DNA of 62,184 nucleotides, filler included, from Rhabdomonas costata (taxonomy: Eukaryota), in NCBI GenBank assembly GCA_019059605.1. It is 23 parts of 23 records of this genome, joined end to end, with 100 filler letters (N's around TTAATTAATTAA, not from the genome) between each part and the next. Parts side by side here need not be neighbours in the genome. Positions count along the whole stretch, not along the records: positions 1 to 2,609 come from JAHMHO010002644.1; positions 2,710 to 5,317 come from JAHMHO010002645.1; positions 5,418 to 8,025 come from JAHMHO010002646.1; positions 8,126 to 10,733 come from JAHMHO010002647.1; positions 10,834 to 13,439 come from JAHMHO010002648.1; positions 13,540 to 16,153 come from JAHMHO010002649.1; 17 more parts are not named here. One strand, 5' to 3'. The notes beneath the pieces are model-generated. The model did not search any database, was not told the DNA's origin, and worked only from the letters and a program-made list of their open reading frames with translations. A program made the translations under genes and the position numbers. Every line of letters begins with the position of its first letter. Within the stretch, counting starts at the first letter, position 1. Below, in pieces: positions 1 through 13,783 of this stretch.

Positions 1-2609
1 TGCCCTTCACCGCGCTTCAGATGTTCCATGAGTCGAACTCTTTGCTGCAAATGTTTGTGTCCATACATGGGGTTTTTGTGAGGAGAAAAACATCACGTAG
101 CAGTAGCAGTCAATGTTCTTGTGGCGGATATTTTCATATCCAACTGACTCGTCCCCAAGTTTTAATTGCTTAATACGGTTTGTGCTCAAAATGTACACAT
201 TCTGACACCTTAGGACTAATTGGGTCCGAACGCACCTTGTCAGAAGCTGGAGCACATCGCCACCGTGAGAGTTCTGCCTCACTCTGCCCACATGGAGGCT
301 GTACTCCCAGCTCTGGATGGAGTTCTCGCCTGGCTGTGTGGTGAAGGATCCGACCCCCGCTCTGCTTTCTCGGGTGTTCTTTGTACTGTCAGCGCAGGAC
401 TCGGAGAAGAACCAGCATGAAAATGATGCTCACGAAACTGGTGCGTATTCTTCACGCAAGAGGAGATTCATCCCACGAAGTTGTTCTTGAGTTGTGGGGA
501 ACGTTTGTGTGGCGAAAAAAGGCAGTAAACAACGCAAAACACAGGGTTAGTCAAAATTCTGTGGGCCTTCTGGGTAAGCGTTAAAGCGATGCACTCCAGT
601 TGCGCTGTTTTGGACGGGAAAAATATTATTTGTTGTGTATTGGTGCATTTTTTTTTGGAATTGCTTTTGCGGCTATGGCGAAAGTTGGAAGCAGGAAGAC
701 CTCCCTGAGGCATTTGCAGTTTGTTTTGCTTCACAAATCACTCCAGGGCTGTACGTGCTAAAATAAATGCACCGGCATCGGCCTACTCTGCAGCTCCACT
801 CACCGTCGTGAATTCTTTACGAGGTATTTATCCCACTCTCGCTATCCATTCCACTACCATGGCCACTGCTAGATATTTCTTCTCGCTTTTTATTCCGCGT
901 ATTCCCCCGTGTGCTTGTATTGTGGGACTACGTCATTTCTGGGAGCACCCCTGTGTCCCGCTCTTTCTGATTTTGTTCCCATTTCCGTATGGTTGTGGTA
1001 ATCATACGTTTAGTCCACCTCCGCAGATTCGCCGGTCGGTCGTTTTTGGCATCTCTTTGGCACCAATTGAGGCATTGCCCTAGTTTCCTAACCGAATCCA
1101 AAACAATTAAACTGTTATCAGCGTCGCGGTAAATGTCGTTGTCATAAGGAATGATCGGGCCAGAAGGAAGTGTCGTGGTAGTGGTTAATTTATGATTTGG
1201 AGTGCCGGTTAATTTGTTGTTTCGTGGTAAAGCGTCGAGCTGGAGCCAGCAAAATGGTAAGGTATATCGTGGCGTCGGGTCGGACATGCGACCACGTGAT
1301 CGATAGAACGTATGCGATAGAATGCGTCGAGAACAAAGAATACCGATCAACCTCCCTCTCAGGCACCTGTCACTTTCTCACTCCCCCATTCAAGTTCGTC
1401 ATTGCGTCAAAACCCCCAGTGAGGTTTATGCTTGGGATCGGGGTGCTGTCATGCGTAGCAGGGCATCACGGAGTAGGATTGGCACCGGCGGTAGAAATCA
1501 GCCCCTCTCCAATCATGTTTCTCATTCTTGCCGCATCCCTCATGCATCCTGCTTGCAAGGTTTCCCGCCCATCACTCTGACACCCGGGCATCATTTCCCA
1601 GCTTGACGTCGGCATCAACACTCTGTGGCAACACACACATGCACACAGACGCGCGCCACACACACTCACACACACACTACATTGCCACATTGGAGTGCCG
1701 CATTACCACAAGGTAGCGCCATTTTTACCAGCGACTTCACAGCTACCATCAACATCCAATGCGTAGGTTGGCTGAATCGGTGTAACATCCCCATTGCTGG
1801 TTTGCTAGCACCACCACCACCAGGAGCATCCTAACCGTTAGCTGGAATCGTCACGTGTGGGCTGGTTCTTGCTCCATGTCGGTAGGCGTGCACCAACGGA
1901 ATGGCATATACCAACACCATCATCGCTGGATGTGGCTGTGTTGAGCCCTGGCCTTCCATTCCAGCTTCCTCCGGACGGGTTTACCGGTCGTATCCGTTGC
2001 GTGGACTAAGCGACTCCTAACGCTTGGCCTACGCACAGCTAGGATAGAATAGCCATAGTATTACTAGGGCGCATGTGTCAACCAGTGGTAGTTTATAGCC
2101 ATCGAACCACTGGCACTATCGTGGAGCACTGTCACCTTAGGACTGGTGCTGTATGTAAGTAGGACCTACTTAGACGCATACCCTCACGAGGCAGCTGCTA
2201 CATCACCATGGGTACGTCCCAATTAGACATACATAGACCGTATTCGCTGTTGTTTTGTATGTTAGACAGAGGTGCGTTAAGCGTTGCCGTCGAAGCGGAT
2301 ACGGTGGCCTGGTCATCTTGGCCTTCCTGTAGATCCTAATGTGGGGCAGTCTGGACTTCTGACCTGCTCGTCATGCTCCCAACCGTCACGTCACGATCAC
2401 GACACCCACAACACACACAACACACTCGACCTCCACACCCAACGCAAGAACTAACCCACCATCCACCATACACCCTCCCTACGCAAATACCACGGACCCT
2501 CAACCACCACACTCCATGAAACGTCACACGCAAACCATCAACCGTACCATCCGACACCAAAATACGACACCCAAACCATCCAGCCACACACTCTCGCATC
2601 TAACGTGAC

Positions 2610-2709
2610 NNNNNNNNNNNNNNNNNNNNNNNNNNNNNNNNNNNNNNNNNNNNTTAATTAATTAANNNNNNNNNNNNNNNNNNNNNNNNNNNNNNNNNNN
2701 NNNNNNNNN
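2610..2709. other. Artificial contig spacer (first of 22): N-run, TTAATTAATTAA six-frame stop linker, N-run
   Basis: The same ~100-nt spacer recurs every ~2.7 kb (e.g. 5318-5417, 8026-8125, 10734-10833, up to 59481-59580). Confidence 0.99.
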
Positions 2710-5700
2710 GGGTTGGTTTGGATAAAATCCAGTCTGCTGGGCATTGCCGACTGCATCGCATCTTGTTATGGGCCACTGGTGGGCTGACATTACGCTGTAG
2801 AGCTCGAATCTCTAATCTCAATCTTCTCCGCTGAAGGTTTCAATGTCATGTGACGTTTAAAAAGTCCGGAAAACGTAATAAATTGGACATATGGTGTGGG
2901 GAACGATGTTGTTATCACTTCTCAGTTTTTCAAAAGTGCTGCCTGTCGAATTGCACTGTATGCATGGTGTCTTCACTCCGCGTCTTCGTGAATTCTCGCC
3001 ATTGTTACTTTTCACATCCTGTCAGTCTGTTGTTGCCATCTCGATGTGTGCTCCCTAGGGATCATACTTGCGTATATGTCCAGTTAAGTCTTGTGATTTG
3101 AAAACCACTGCTGGGTGTGGCCTTGGTCGACCGGTTTTGCGCAAACATCGGCAATTGGTCACAACCTGGGCTTTCGATGGGTTATGGCAGACTATTTGCC
3201 TGCGTGTAATAGGTACACTGCTGGCGGCCTCGTCCCATTCTCGGTAAGTCTGTGAATCGCACGGTAATGCTTATTCGACGCTTTCTAGCGTTTTGCACAA
3301 CACATTCCAAGAAAGTTGAATGGCTGCGGCTTTAAAGTATCTACGAAGTGTCCAAAACTGCGCCTCATTATAGTTTGGGTTTGTGTCTTCCGTTTTCTCT
3401 ACCAACACTTCAAAGGTTTCTGACGCTTTGAGGTCAAATGTTTGAGCTGGATTTTTAGTAAATAAGACCGACAGGCTCGGACTACATTTTCAATGGAATG
3501 ACTGTGACTATGGACACAACGTCGCGTGTAGAGAAGGATATGGCTTACATCTAAACAGAAAGCAAAATATGTGCGGGATGGTAGTGAGAGTAATGTTTGG
3601 GGAATAGACGACGGTGTTGGTTCTGTGTTGTATTGATGAATACATGACGGTTTCGTATGTGTGGTGTTTGATCGGGAGTGGAGGTGGTTCATCTATGGCT
3701 CGTTATCATGGTGGACTGAACTCAATCCCTCCCGCCAGAACGTTTGATTGTGGAAGTTCCAGAACTTCCAAATGTCAAAGCATAAAACCAGCTCCATTTA
3801 CCAGCTCAGATTGCAGCTATTAAATAATCATCATGGGGTATTGTCCGACTCGCAAAGTCTTGTCTTCCTGTTGCTTAGTTGGCAGTGTTGGGTGCCATCA
3901 CTTGCTATATGTCAGGCGCCATACACGTTGCATTAATTCTGTAACCGGTTGCTACATAGGACGCTTAGATTTCACGCACACAGCACAAAATTTACGCCTA
4001 TCCCGGAGGTGAAGTCTCTTCTGGCGTAGGAGTTGATAGGTGCTGGGGCCTCGGTTGACGGCGGTTGTTCGGTGTTTGAAGCAGAGATTCTACAAGTTAG
4101 GCTCTTGATCATGTTTCTCAGGCTGGGGGTCAAAATTCCTCGTCCGCTATTAGGTGGGCACCAGTCCATGTAAACAAAAACTGCAAAAACCCTCTGTTTT
4201 TTAAAGGTATCCGTTGCCATTGGGCACGAATTGTACAACTCCCAGCGTTCCAGCTGCTGATAGATTAACGTTTGATGCTTTTTAAGAGAGTGGATGGCCA
4301 TAAGTGGGCCCGTAGGATACGACTTCTATTGCATGCCTGGCTGATTGAACAGCTAATGCGTCGGAAAAATGTAGGATCTGCTTGATTTCTTCAACGTGAT
4401 AGAGTCACTGGAGAATGGAACTTCTATTACTGTCCAAGTAGGGAAAGTGGGAGTCTTTTTTATTTGTGAAAAATAGCAATTATCGAAGGCTCTGCTGCAC
4501 CTGGTGCTGCTGGCTGTGTCGATGCTATTAGGGTCAATCTCCAAGCATTGATTGTGGTTATTGATCTTGATTTGCGTGCGTTGGTCATCGACAGGCTTTG
4601 ATCACTCAGCAGTGTTTGGATATCTTTGATTTCCATTGTCGCTGTGGATTCGAAAACAACGAGATAAGGCTATCGGCGGACAATCTACAGACCACAGATT
4701 CGAGAAGAGCATCGGAATAGAGTTGGGATTTGGCCTGTAAAGATTGAGGAAAAATCGGGAATTCAATTGATGCATCCCACTTCCCAATACAGGGTGCCGG
4801 TTTTTGAAATAAGCCTTTCTTTATTTACTAAAGGTACCGAAGAAGAAACTGAACCCAAAGAACCAGTTTTGTTCTCGTTTTGTTCTTCCATATGCTTTTG
4901 TTTCACCATCGATAGGTTCAGAATGTGAAAGGCATCAACCCGGCGACCGAGGGTCGAATACAACCGCACAGGGCTCCAAACCAAAGCCGACAACCGACAC
5001 GTCGAAGGCCAACAATCCTACGCCCGAAGTGCGCCGAAGCGCCGGGAGGGGAGAAGAAGGGCTGGTTTGTATAGGAAAAAGCCGCCTAGGCGGCACGGTC
5101 GCTAACACTTGGTAGCGGAGGATTTAAGTATTGAAAACCAATTGGGGTGTTTTTTTTAAAAAAAGATCGATCGTACAGTTTTTCCGGTCGTGTTTATGCC
5201 AGCTTTACATCCGCGGGGCGCTTGGTGCCGGAATCCGCGGCCCCCGGCGCACGCCGCGAGGGCTTCACACCTTGAACCCAAACGGACTACTCTTCCGGGC
5301 GAGGCCGCCCCGTCCGTNNNNNNNNNNNNNNNNNNNNNNNNNNNNNNNNNNNNNNNNNNNNTTAATTAATTAANNNNNNNNNNNNNNNNNNNNNNNNNNN
5401 NNNNNNNNNNNNNNNNNTGGTGTGGTGTAGCTTTCCTCCTGCTCCACAAAGGGCGAGCCCAGCAAGACAGAGCAGGAGGAAAGCTACACTACAGCTCATT
5501 TAGATAACCTCTCTCGGGAATCGGCCCCTCACTGCCGACCAAGAGGGGAACAGAATTTGACACCCTGTAAAGTGCAATTGATGGGGAGGAGGAGGGGAGG
5601 AGGGTAAAGGTTACCGCTGCTAACAACTATTCCTACCGAACGCATTACCACAAAAGTGGGAAAAGGCGCCCCAGGTCTCGTTCCTGGCCCAGCCGCCCTC

Positions 5701-6336
5701 TCCGGCCGCGACGCGGACTGGCCTCCGTCCATAAATTAATGCTGTGCTGCTCGTTCGCCCACATGACCACATCGACTTCTGACAAGTGCTTATCCAGCAC
5801 CAGATTTGAAGTGCAAACCAAAAATACTCATACAGGTCACGCTGGCACACCTAACCCTTTGCACTAAAAGAAAGTCATGTCGAGGGTCCTTGCATCAACT
5901 TTTGGTTTGTGGGCTGGGACCTACCTAACCTTTTTGCAAGTTATATATAACAAGAACAGGCGTGGTATCTTGCAGGACAAATGTCAATAATTGCTGTCGT
6001 GACTTCAGTTCCCGTTTTGCCAAAGTGCAGAAAAAACATCTAGCAGGATCCAGAACCTCCGCGGACGTGTCGTTCTTCCAGGAAACGACGAGACTGGAGT
6101 CAAAGCTGCGGCCCAAGAGCACGCCGCCCCCAAAAGCACGGCACAGAAAAATCTGAAATAAAAACGGCGCCAGGAAGCTGTAAGGCGACACGTCAAACTG
6201 CGCGTTGGGTGACAAAGCAGACGCTGCTGCTATCTGTAGTACTACGCCCCACCACCAACACCAACACCACCAACACCAGTAGCACGCGCATACAACAACA
6301 AACAGCAGTTTTTGGTGACGTTTCACGCAAATGTTT

Positions 6337-6993
6337 TTACAAAACACCGAAACCGCGTTGGATGACCGCAGATCTCGGCAAGGCTTCTCCCGTTGACAGG
6401 GGTATCCCCAATCCGCCAGGGAGCACAAGCTGAGCACAAAACAACAATCCTGTTCCATCACTCATTGTGCGAACTATAACCAAAGACTTTGCGGCGGAGG
6501 CCTCCTCCAAGGTCAGCTGATGCACGGGACACTCCAGGGCTTCGTCGTCGCCTTGGATGGTGTTGGGGTGTACCATGCAGAGATTGGTGACCCGAAAGCG
6601 TTGGGGGGCAGAAGAACCTGAGAAAGCGGTTCCAATAGAGGAATGAGAGACGAACTTGCCCCGCTTGAGTTTCAGCACGAACACCAGGCCCTCGCCGTGC
6701 TCTAGAAAGTTGTGTGCCACCCTCCAACCCAAAGAGGTGCTGCTAAACGCTGACCAGTGCGGCTCGCAGTCCACCCTGAAGAGCATGGGGTCAAAGCGGA
6801 TCCCGATTCCACGAAATAATTTCATTATAACTGTCCCAGACAGGCGCTCCAAAGCTCTGCACAGGAGGAAGATAAAGGGCCGCCACTTCGCCATGCCTGC
6901 CTCGTCCCGCTCTCTTATCGCCTTGTTCACGTCCTTGTATATGCTGCATTCATAGGTGTACACGAAGATCGCCAGAAGGTCAGCGGGATGCAC
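6337..6993 (-). pseudogene. NAD:arginine ADP-ribosyltransferase (ART, R-S-E clade) domain exon, catalytic end disrupted
   Basis: Acceptor tacag|GTG at 6993. Translation AIFVYTYECSIYKDVNKAIRE...LCRALERL...KLFRG...WSAFSSTSL...GLVFVL carries the ART YT, R-G and S-T-S motifs. The E-x-E motif is missing, and VLLPPN appears out of frame at ~6598-6617. Confidence 0.7.
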
Positions 6994-8476
6994 CTGTACG
7001 TCAGCAAATGAAGAAAGACACCTCTCGTGACTCGTGAGTTGGGAAGAGCAGTGAAGGTGTGGTTGCTGTCATTGGAAAAGGTAAAAACAGTCAATTCGAC
7101 GAAAATGCAAAGAGGTATGAATGGGCACTCGTCGATCCAAACGGTCCAAGCAAAACCAGAACCAGGAAGCTCCACCCCCCCCCCCCCCCCACGCACACAC
7201 AGACTTCGCAGATATCATGCTGCCATGACATGACTGACCGGAAACGGGAAAAAAGCCGTGATCCCGGTTTCGACCTGCATCATTGGTGATAGTGCGGATC
7301 GCCTTCGGTCATCTGTTATCTTCGTCTGCTCTCAGAGTGAGAACGCGCTACCTGGTAACCCATAGGTATCCCAGACAAATAAAACATCAAACCCGTGGTG
7401 CACAGGCATCTCGGACAGTAGTCATCACTACCTTGCCTGGCGAAAGTGTGGATGGCTGTGCGGAAAAACTCAATTGTGGTGAGGTTGTTCTGCAATATGA
7501 AACGAGGGTCTGCAAATTTGGCGCGTGCGGACCTCGTTGACTATTCCAGCAGACAGGATAGACTCCATCCGTTGGATAAAAAGTTTGCAGGAGAGGTTCT
7601 CTGACTTTGCACGCCAAGGCAAGGTGCGATCCAACACCTTTTCAGCTCCCTCTGATCAAACCACTTGCAGTGAAGTTAATTCCATCCGAGAGCAGCATCT
7701 GCTTGTACACTGTGTGCGAAAGAAGACTTCGAAGGTGGCACCGCTAAGCAGGGAAGAAGGCAGGAGGGAGGCAATGCAGAAGTCCAGCCGCTCCTTGGAA
7801 AAAGTCGTGAAGGTTTACCAAGGTTTAGCAGCGGGCTTTTGGAGAGGAGAAGGAAAACGCACCGTGGACTACCCATTGCGAGCTGCCTCAGAAACCCCAG
7901 CAGGCTCACCAGGGGGCCGTACTCTCCCCGAAGAACACCACGTCGCCATTCTGGCTGTACCCCTTGGGCTCGCCTTGCCGGGCCTGTGCCGTGCTGCCGC
8001 TGCTCCAGCCCACGACGCCAGGGCANNNNNNNNNNNNNNNNNNNNNNNNNNNNNNNNNNNNNNNNNNNNTTAATTAATTAANNNNNNNNNNNNNNNNNNN
8101 NNNNNNNNNNNNNNNNNNNNNNNNNGGGGTTTTGTCAGTTGTTGTGCAGATGAGGGTTGCCGCAACAAAAGGGTTACCGAAGGAACCATGAGAAGGGGCG
8201 GGGTGAATGTACCTCCGAGCCATCGCTGAGCACAGTCTTGAACGTTTCCTGAGAGAAAAAGGGGACCGCTCAGCTCCCAACATATGCGGCATGTCTCCTG
8301 GAGATGTCTCTGAAATTGAGATACAAAATGAATGCGAAGATACCGACAGATTGTGTATTTGATATACGAAGAGAGAAGAGGCACGGCTCAAACGCAGGAG
8401 GTGGGAGCTCTAAAAAGTGTCCGGAAGTAAAGCAGGCGGGCAAAATGGTAACAGCCGCCTGTCCTATCACAAAGAC

Positions 8477-9760
8477 CGTGAAGATCGCCTGGAAGTCCTC
8501 GCTGGAGATCCCCTTGCGGTCGATCGTGCACAGGTCCTCCAGGCACTTCACGGCCATCTCATCCACGGCGGCCAAGTCGGACTTGTCCGCAGGTGCCCCC
8601 ACGAGGCCCTTCCACACAAGGGAGGGCAGGTTAAGGTTCAGGGGTTCGTTGATCGTGATGCACCCGGCCATGAGCCTGAGAAAGGTCGCAGCCAAATTCG
8701 AGGAAGACAGGAAACGCAAGAAAAAGAACGGCACCTCCTGACATGGCCGATGATACAAAAGGCCTTGTCACGGAGGCCCTACAATACACAGCGCACCCCC
8801 CACCCGGCAGCCGCTCCGCGGCGGCACGTCCTGCAAAGGACAAGTTGGGCGACTTTAAGTTGGTTAGAGGGCGATACACGTGTCCCCTAGCTAGCCTCCC
8901 GGCACGTGAAGGGACTTTTCTCTTCACATAAACATACAAACGGGGAGGATGAAACATGGGAAGGCTTAAACACTGCTTTAGTGCTTTGTTGCCAAGGAGC
9001 GCCAACCTCTGCATTTGAACTTGTCTATTTGGCACCACAACGCAAAAGTTCGGTGTCTGTGCGTCTTTGTTGAGCTTCTTAAGAATTTCGACGCTTCAGT
9101 TTGACAGTTTCGTCTTCTTCGGTGGCTTTTGTCGCAGATGTGCTCCAAAAACTGCCTCTTTTTTCTGGATGCTTTCTTATGGGGTTCAAGGAAGGGGGGG
9201 GGTGAGTTAAGTATAATTATGCCACATAAGCATCTACAGGACAATATTGGCGTCGTCAAAAACTGGACAAAAATCTCTTCCTCGTAGCGTTCCAAAGAAC
9301 GCCAGAATCGTTTTTGGCATTGTATTACAAGCCGTAGAACAATAGAAATAGAATAGAAACAACACTGTACACACTTCGCGCACTTAGCAAGGGTGAAGCT
9401 TTTCAACAGAGAAAAAGACTCTTTCCTCCAGGCTACGCGGGCCCATCTGTCCTTGCTTAGGTCCGCTCTCGTGCCACACCGGGTGGGTCATCTCCAGGCG
9501 ATTCAAGATCTACACATATCACACACAACACTATAAACACAGGCATGCCTTCCCAGAAAGCGGTACTGGTCGAGGTGGGCCTTCTGCTTCAGGGAGGGGT
9601 TGGGCACGTACATCTCCCGAGTGTTGCCGAAGTTGCCGCGCTGGTTGGGCGACGGGATAAACAGCGGAACGGCGTCCGACATGAGCTCCTCACAGAGCTG
9701 CGAGAGAGACTCGCGGAACGGTCCTCCGGCGTCCTCCGCAGCCTCACCCTCGAACACCAC
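8477..9760 (-). CDS. HECT-domain E3 ubiquitin ligase (HERC/HECTD-like), two internal exons
   Basis: Exons 9760-9549 and 8675-8477 give VVFEGEAAEDAGGPFRESLSQLCEEL...PLFIPSPN...YVPNP...YRFLGR|LMAGCI...PLNLNLPSLVWKGLVG, a HECT N-lobe. The joining intron is GC-AG (9548-8676). Confidence 0.9.
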
Positions 9761-12700
9761 CTGCGAACGCACGCACACATACAAACACCCACGTCCCAAT
9801 TATCCACAATCGTGGCATTCTTTTGAACAAGAATGAGAGGCCTAAGCCGAAGCAGGACTGGCGTCTTTTCTATATTATACAGCAGCCCTCCAGAAGCGCT
9901 GTCTGGCCGGTCCTTGGGGTCAGGGTTGGCTGACCTCTCACCCTCGGCCTCGGCCGGTGGTGGTGCCCATTGACGGCTCTTTTATATCGAAGAGGAGGGT
10001 TTACGGATTGGCATCAATGCGGAAAAGAGAGAAGCACGAAAAGGGGAAGAGGTTAGGTTTGAGCCTTCGGTGGTGACATTAGGTGATCAGCCTAGAAACG
10101 TCCTCATTTCGCATCCTTCCAGCGGATTGATTCGGATTTCACTCCAGAAGATGTTCTCTCGAAAGGGCCAAAAGCCATTGCTGATAGAGTTGGAGCAACA
10201 AAAGAGAGAAGCAACACCGCCCGGGAAAAAGGCGCTCGTACCGTCCATAACCGGGCGCTGGAGTCGCACGACTCGTGCTGACGGAAGAGGTGAGGCTTAG
10301 CAGGAAAGAACCTGCTGTACAGCTGCGCAAAGACAGGAGATGGATTGGAGCCCTATCGTTATCCGTGGCACCGTGTCACGTGGGAACATCGCGCCATTTG
10401 GTCCCTGACGTCAGCTGACGCGGCGCCGTCAACCCCAACGGAAACCCGGTTTTTCTTTGAGAATGATGCAATGCAGCACTCCGCGGTGCAAGATACTAAA
10501 ATTTTTTCTGCCTTCTCTACGTCTCCTTCTTTCGGACGCGTAATATTCTGAAGAATGTATCAGAGTTCAGGGAGGGGGCTCCACATTTGGCTGGAAAAAG
10601 GACAAAATGTTGTTGACATGGGGACGCCATCTTCAATTGGTACGGGGGGGGGCGTATCATGTGTAATTAATTACCCCACCACACACAAAAAGCAGCACCC
10701 CTTTGAACAGCCCACGCACCCCATAGAACCGAANNNNNNNNNNNNNNNNNNNNNNNNNNNNNNNNNNNNNNNNNNNNTTAATTAATTAANNNNNNNNNNN
10801 NNNNNNNNNNNNNNNNNNNNNNNNNNNNNNNNNGGTTGGTTGGTGAAAATTCTCTGGTGGGATCGCATCAGGGCCAAAAGCTGGGGCTCCCAGTCAGGGT
10901 CGACCAAGTCCTTGCGGGCGAACGACGCTACAGAGCCACATGACACTTGTCCTGAAACGGGGAGAAGTTCGAAGCCGGATTAAGACCGCGCATAAATTTC
11001 CTTTCCTAATCTTCAGCAGGTATTTGATTGTTGCAGGCATGATTGGCTTCGCGTTCAAAACGATTACGGAGGGAAAGCCATGGCTTGCTTCTATGGCTGT
11101 CACGTAACGGAAGACCAACCAATAGCTCTCACAATGCATGGGTTTCTTCGTTCACTGAGGGCTTCAATCGTGCACCCGTGATATCCCATTACTGTGTGGT
11201 TTGGTAACGGTTACGGTTCGGTTTTACACTCAATAGTGACCGGATGTGTATTGCTGCCGATACGGCTGGCGGCGAAGGCGTGTCGTAAATGTATTGGTGA
11301 AAAAGGTCGGAATATTCCCCTTTAGGTCACAATGCCGCCAGCTTCGGCCGCGCCGCGAACTGCCCTTCCCCCCGACGTTGGGGGACAGTCAATTACCCTC
11401 CGGGTCGAAGTATGGGTGCCCGAGCTCTCAGAGCCCAACTAGAATTCTTTTAGAGTTTGCTGTGGGTTGCGCACCGATAGAAGCGGAGGGAACGGTCACC
11501 GCAAGCGTCCCCCTCGTCAAGGCCACCTCGGCCTGCTTCATACTCAGCCCGCAATGCTTCGTCAGCACCTTCATAGCCTCGCTGAAGCCGAGCTGAGAGC
11601 ATACACACACCAAGGATGGCGAGCTCCGCCACTTCATTGAAGGCGTTGATGTATGCGCCAAGGGACAAAGTAGCAGAGCGTAAGAGACTCAGGGTTAGCA
11701 AAAACCACATCCACTAAACAGGCGTGCTGCCCTAGGAATAGTGAAAAGGGGTCAGCGCTAAACGAAACTTCACAATCACTGTAAGGTTGCGTGGCACTGG
11801 TGACTTGGAAAAGACAAGACTTTCCAAAGAAGAGAAAAAGCCAAGATGTGAGCGAATTATCGGAATACATGTATGTACGCGGTGAAAAAATAGTTTGAAA
11901 GCGAACGACAACGCTGATGTACAACTGCCTCGGCACGTCAGACGGAAGAGCATTTGGTAAGGTATACGGCATCAAGGCAGGGTCCAAAGCAGAAGCGAGC
12001 CTGGTAACACAGGTAGCGTTAAAGCTGCACAATGACGAGTAACAAAAAGTGAGGAAGCGGGGGAGGAATTCTAGCAACAGTAGAAGGAGGAGGATGCGCG
12101 TGTGGGGGACCTCTACTGGCGGCGAAGAAGGCTGCGATGAATTGTCATTGGTCTTCTGAAAAGGAACGTGAATAAACTGATGAATCGACGCGAAAACAGC
12201 GTCCACTCACTACTAACAGTACCCTCAAAAACCGCATAGCTTCAGGTACAGCCCAACCTCGATCCGCTCATCATATCCAGCTTCTGTATTCACTGGAGTT
12301 TCCATCGCACCGAGTTCAGTGGAAGTTTCTGCCAACCTTCCCCATGTGCGCAACTGACAGAGATTGAGGTCGACATAAGAGCTTACGAGCTGCCCGGGGA
12401 GAACGGTGATTGAGTACAAGCTCAATTCAGCGGTGCTGAGATGGGAGATGATGCAGCTCGGCGGTGGAGCAAACGAATGGTCCACCGTGAAGGTTGCTCA
12501 TAGAATCATGCACAAATTGCCGAGAACACGCGAAAAAAGGCGTCTACCGAATATTACTGAAGGTGGTGAAGTCAGGTATCTGCACACAAGCTACTTGGAT
12601 GGAAAAGAGGGAACTGAGAACAAGCTCCACCTAGCATTGGGGACGTGTTCTCATTTGGAGAAGTGCACCTCTACTGGAAGTAGAGGAATTCTAGCAGCAG

Positions 12701-13783
12701 TCAAGGGGAATGAGGGGCGGTGCTCGGTGTGAGTGGGTGGAGGAAGGGGATACACCCGCGGCGGTCGAGCAGACTTCGGCTTCGACGGAGGAGATGGAGG
12801 TGGCCCCTGAACAGGAGCGCGAATTGTAAAGCCGCCACCCGCTTAACAGCAATGTTATATAGATGCATCGGCAATGGACACCTGTAAAAATCTCTGGCTT
12901 TCAGCTGTTGATCCACTTGGGTCGCCGTGATCAGCGACAAAAGTGTATCGAGAGGCCAAACTCTCAACGACAGCGCAACGGCAGTTCGCAGAATCCTGCA
13001 GTTGCTGACCGTCACGTTAGGAGGGCCGGACTTATTTAGCTTACAAGGTAGGCCCATGAGATCACCACTAATAAGCTATTTTTTGGGCCTAGCCTGGAAA
13101 AAAAGCGGAATCCGAGCTCGCATTAGTTGCTACAAAAAGAGACAGGAATGAAAACGTATTGCCATACCTTCGTCGCGCATCCCCCACATGGAACTACAGA
13201 CTCCTTCCACAGAGGGTACAGCCGCATTATAAGCCCTTCCGTCTGCTCCGCGCTGCAGCGACAAAAAGTGTGAGCGAGTGAGGTTGAGTGAGTATCCATC
13301 CCGGGAGATGCTGCTGAATACAAATGATGAGTCGGCGCGGCTTCGTCTTCACTGCAGCCGACTCTCTCCTATGTCTGTCCTGAGCCAGTCGTAAGCTCAC
13401 ACATAATTTTTGTAGGATATGCGCAAAACCAAACCCCCCNNNNNNNNNNNNNNNNNNNNNNNNNNNNNNNNNNNNNNNNNNNNTTAATTAATTAANNNNN
13501 NNNNNNNNNNNNNNNNNNNNNNNNNNNNNNNNNNNNNNNGGTTTTGGGTGCATTGAGACCTGTCTTTCCCAGGCACATGCCTCTGCTGCCGAGGCAGTGC
13601 GAGCGGAGGGAAGCAATCTAAAGCGAAGCTCCTGGCCGCTGCAGGACAGTATGTTGCGCACTTGTGACCTAGACGCATGGGCAGCAGTGCGACGGTGATG
13701 GTGCGGTAAAGGCAAGGTGTGTCCCTCCCCTCCCAGAGCCTGGCCCCATACCCTCCGATTGTCCGATTTGGTGGTGGGCGTAG

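Noticed and set aside
780..1450. Possible Ty3/gypsy RNase H remnants, and faint similarity of ~1110-1170 to ~59170-59240
   Set aside because: Too degenerate to support, and the flanks are not colinear.
11428..13057. Candidate minus-strand exons in contig 5
   Set aside because: The patches look coding, but I found no recognisable domain or consistent splice model.
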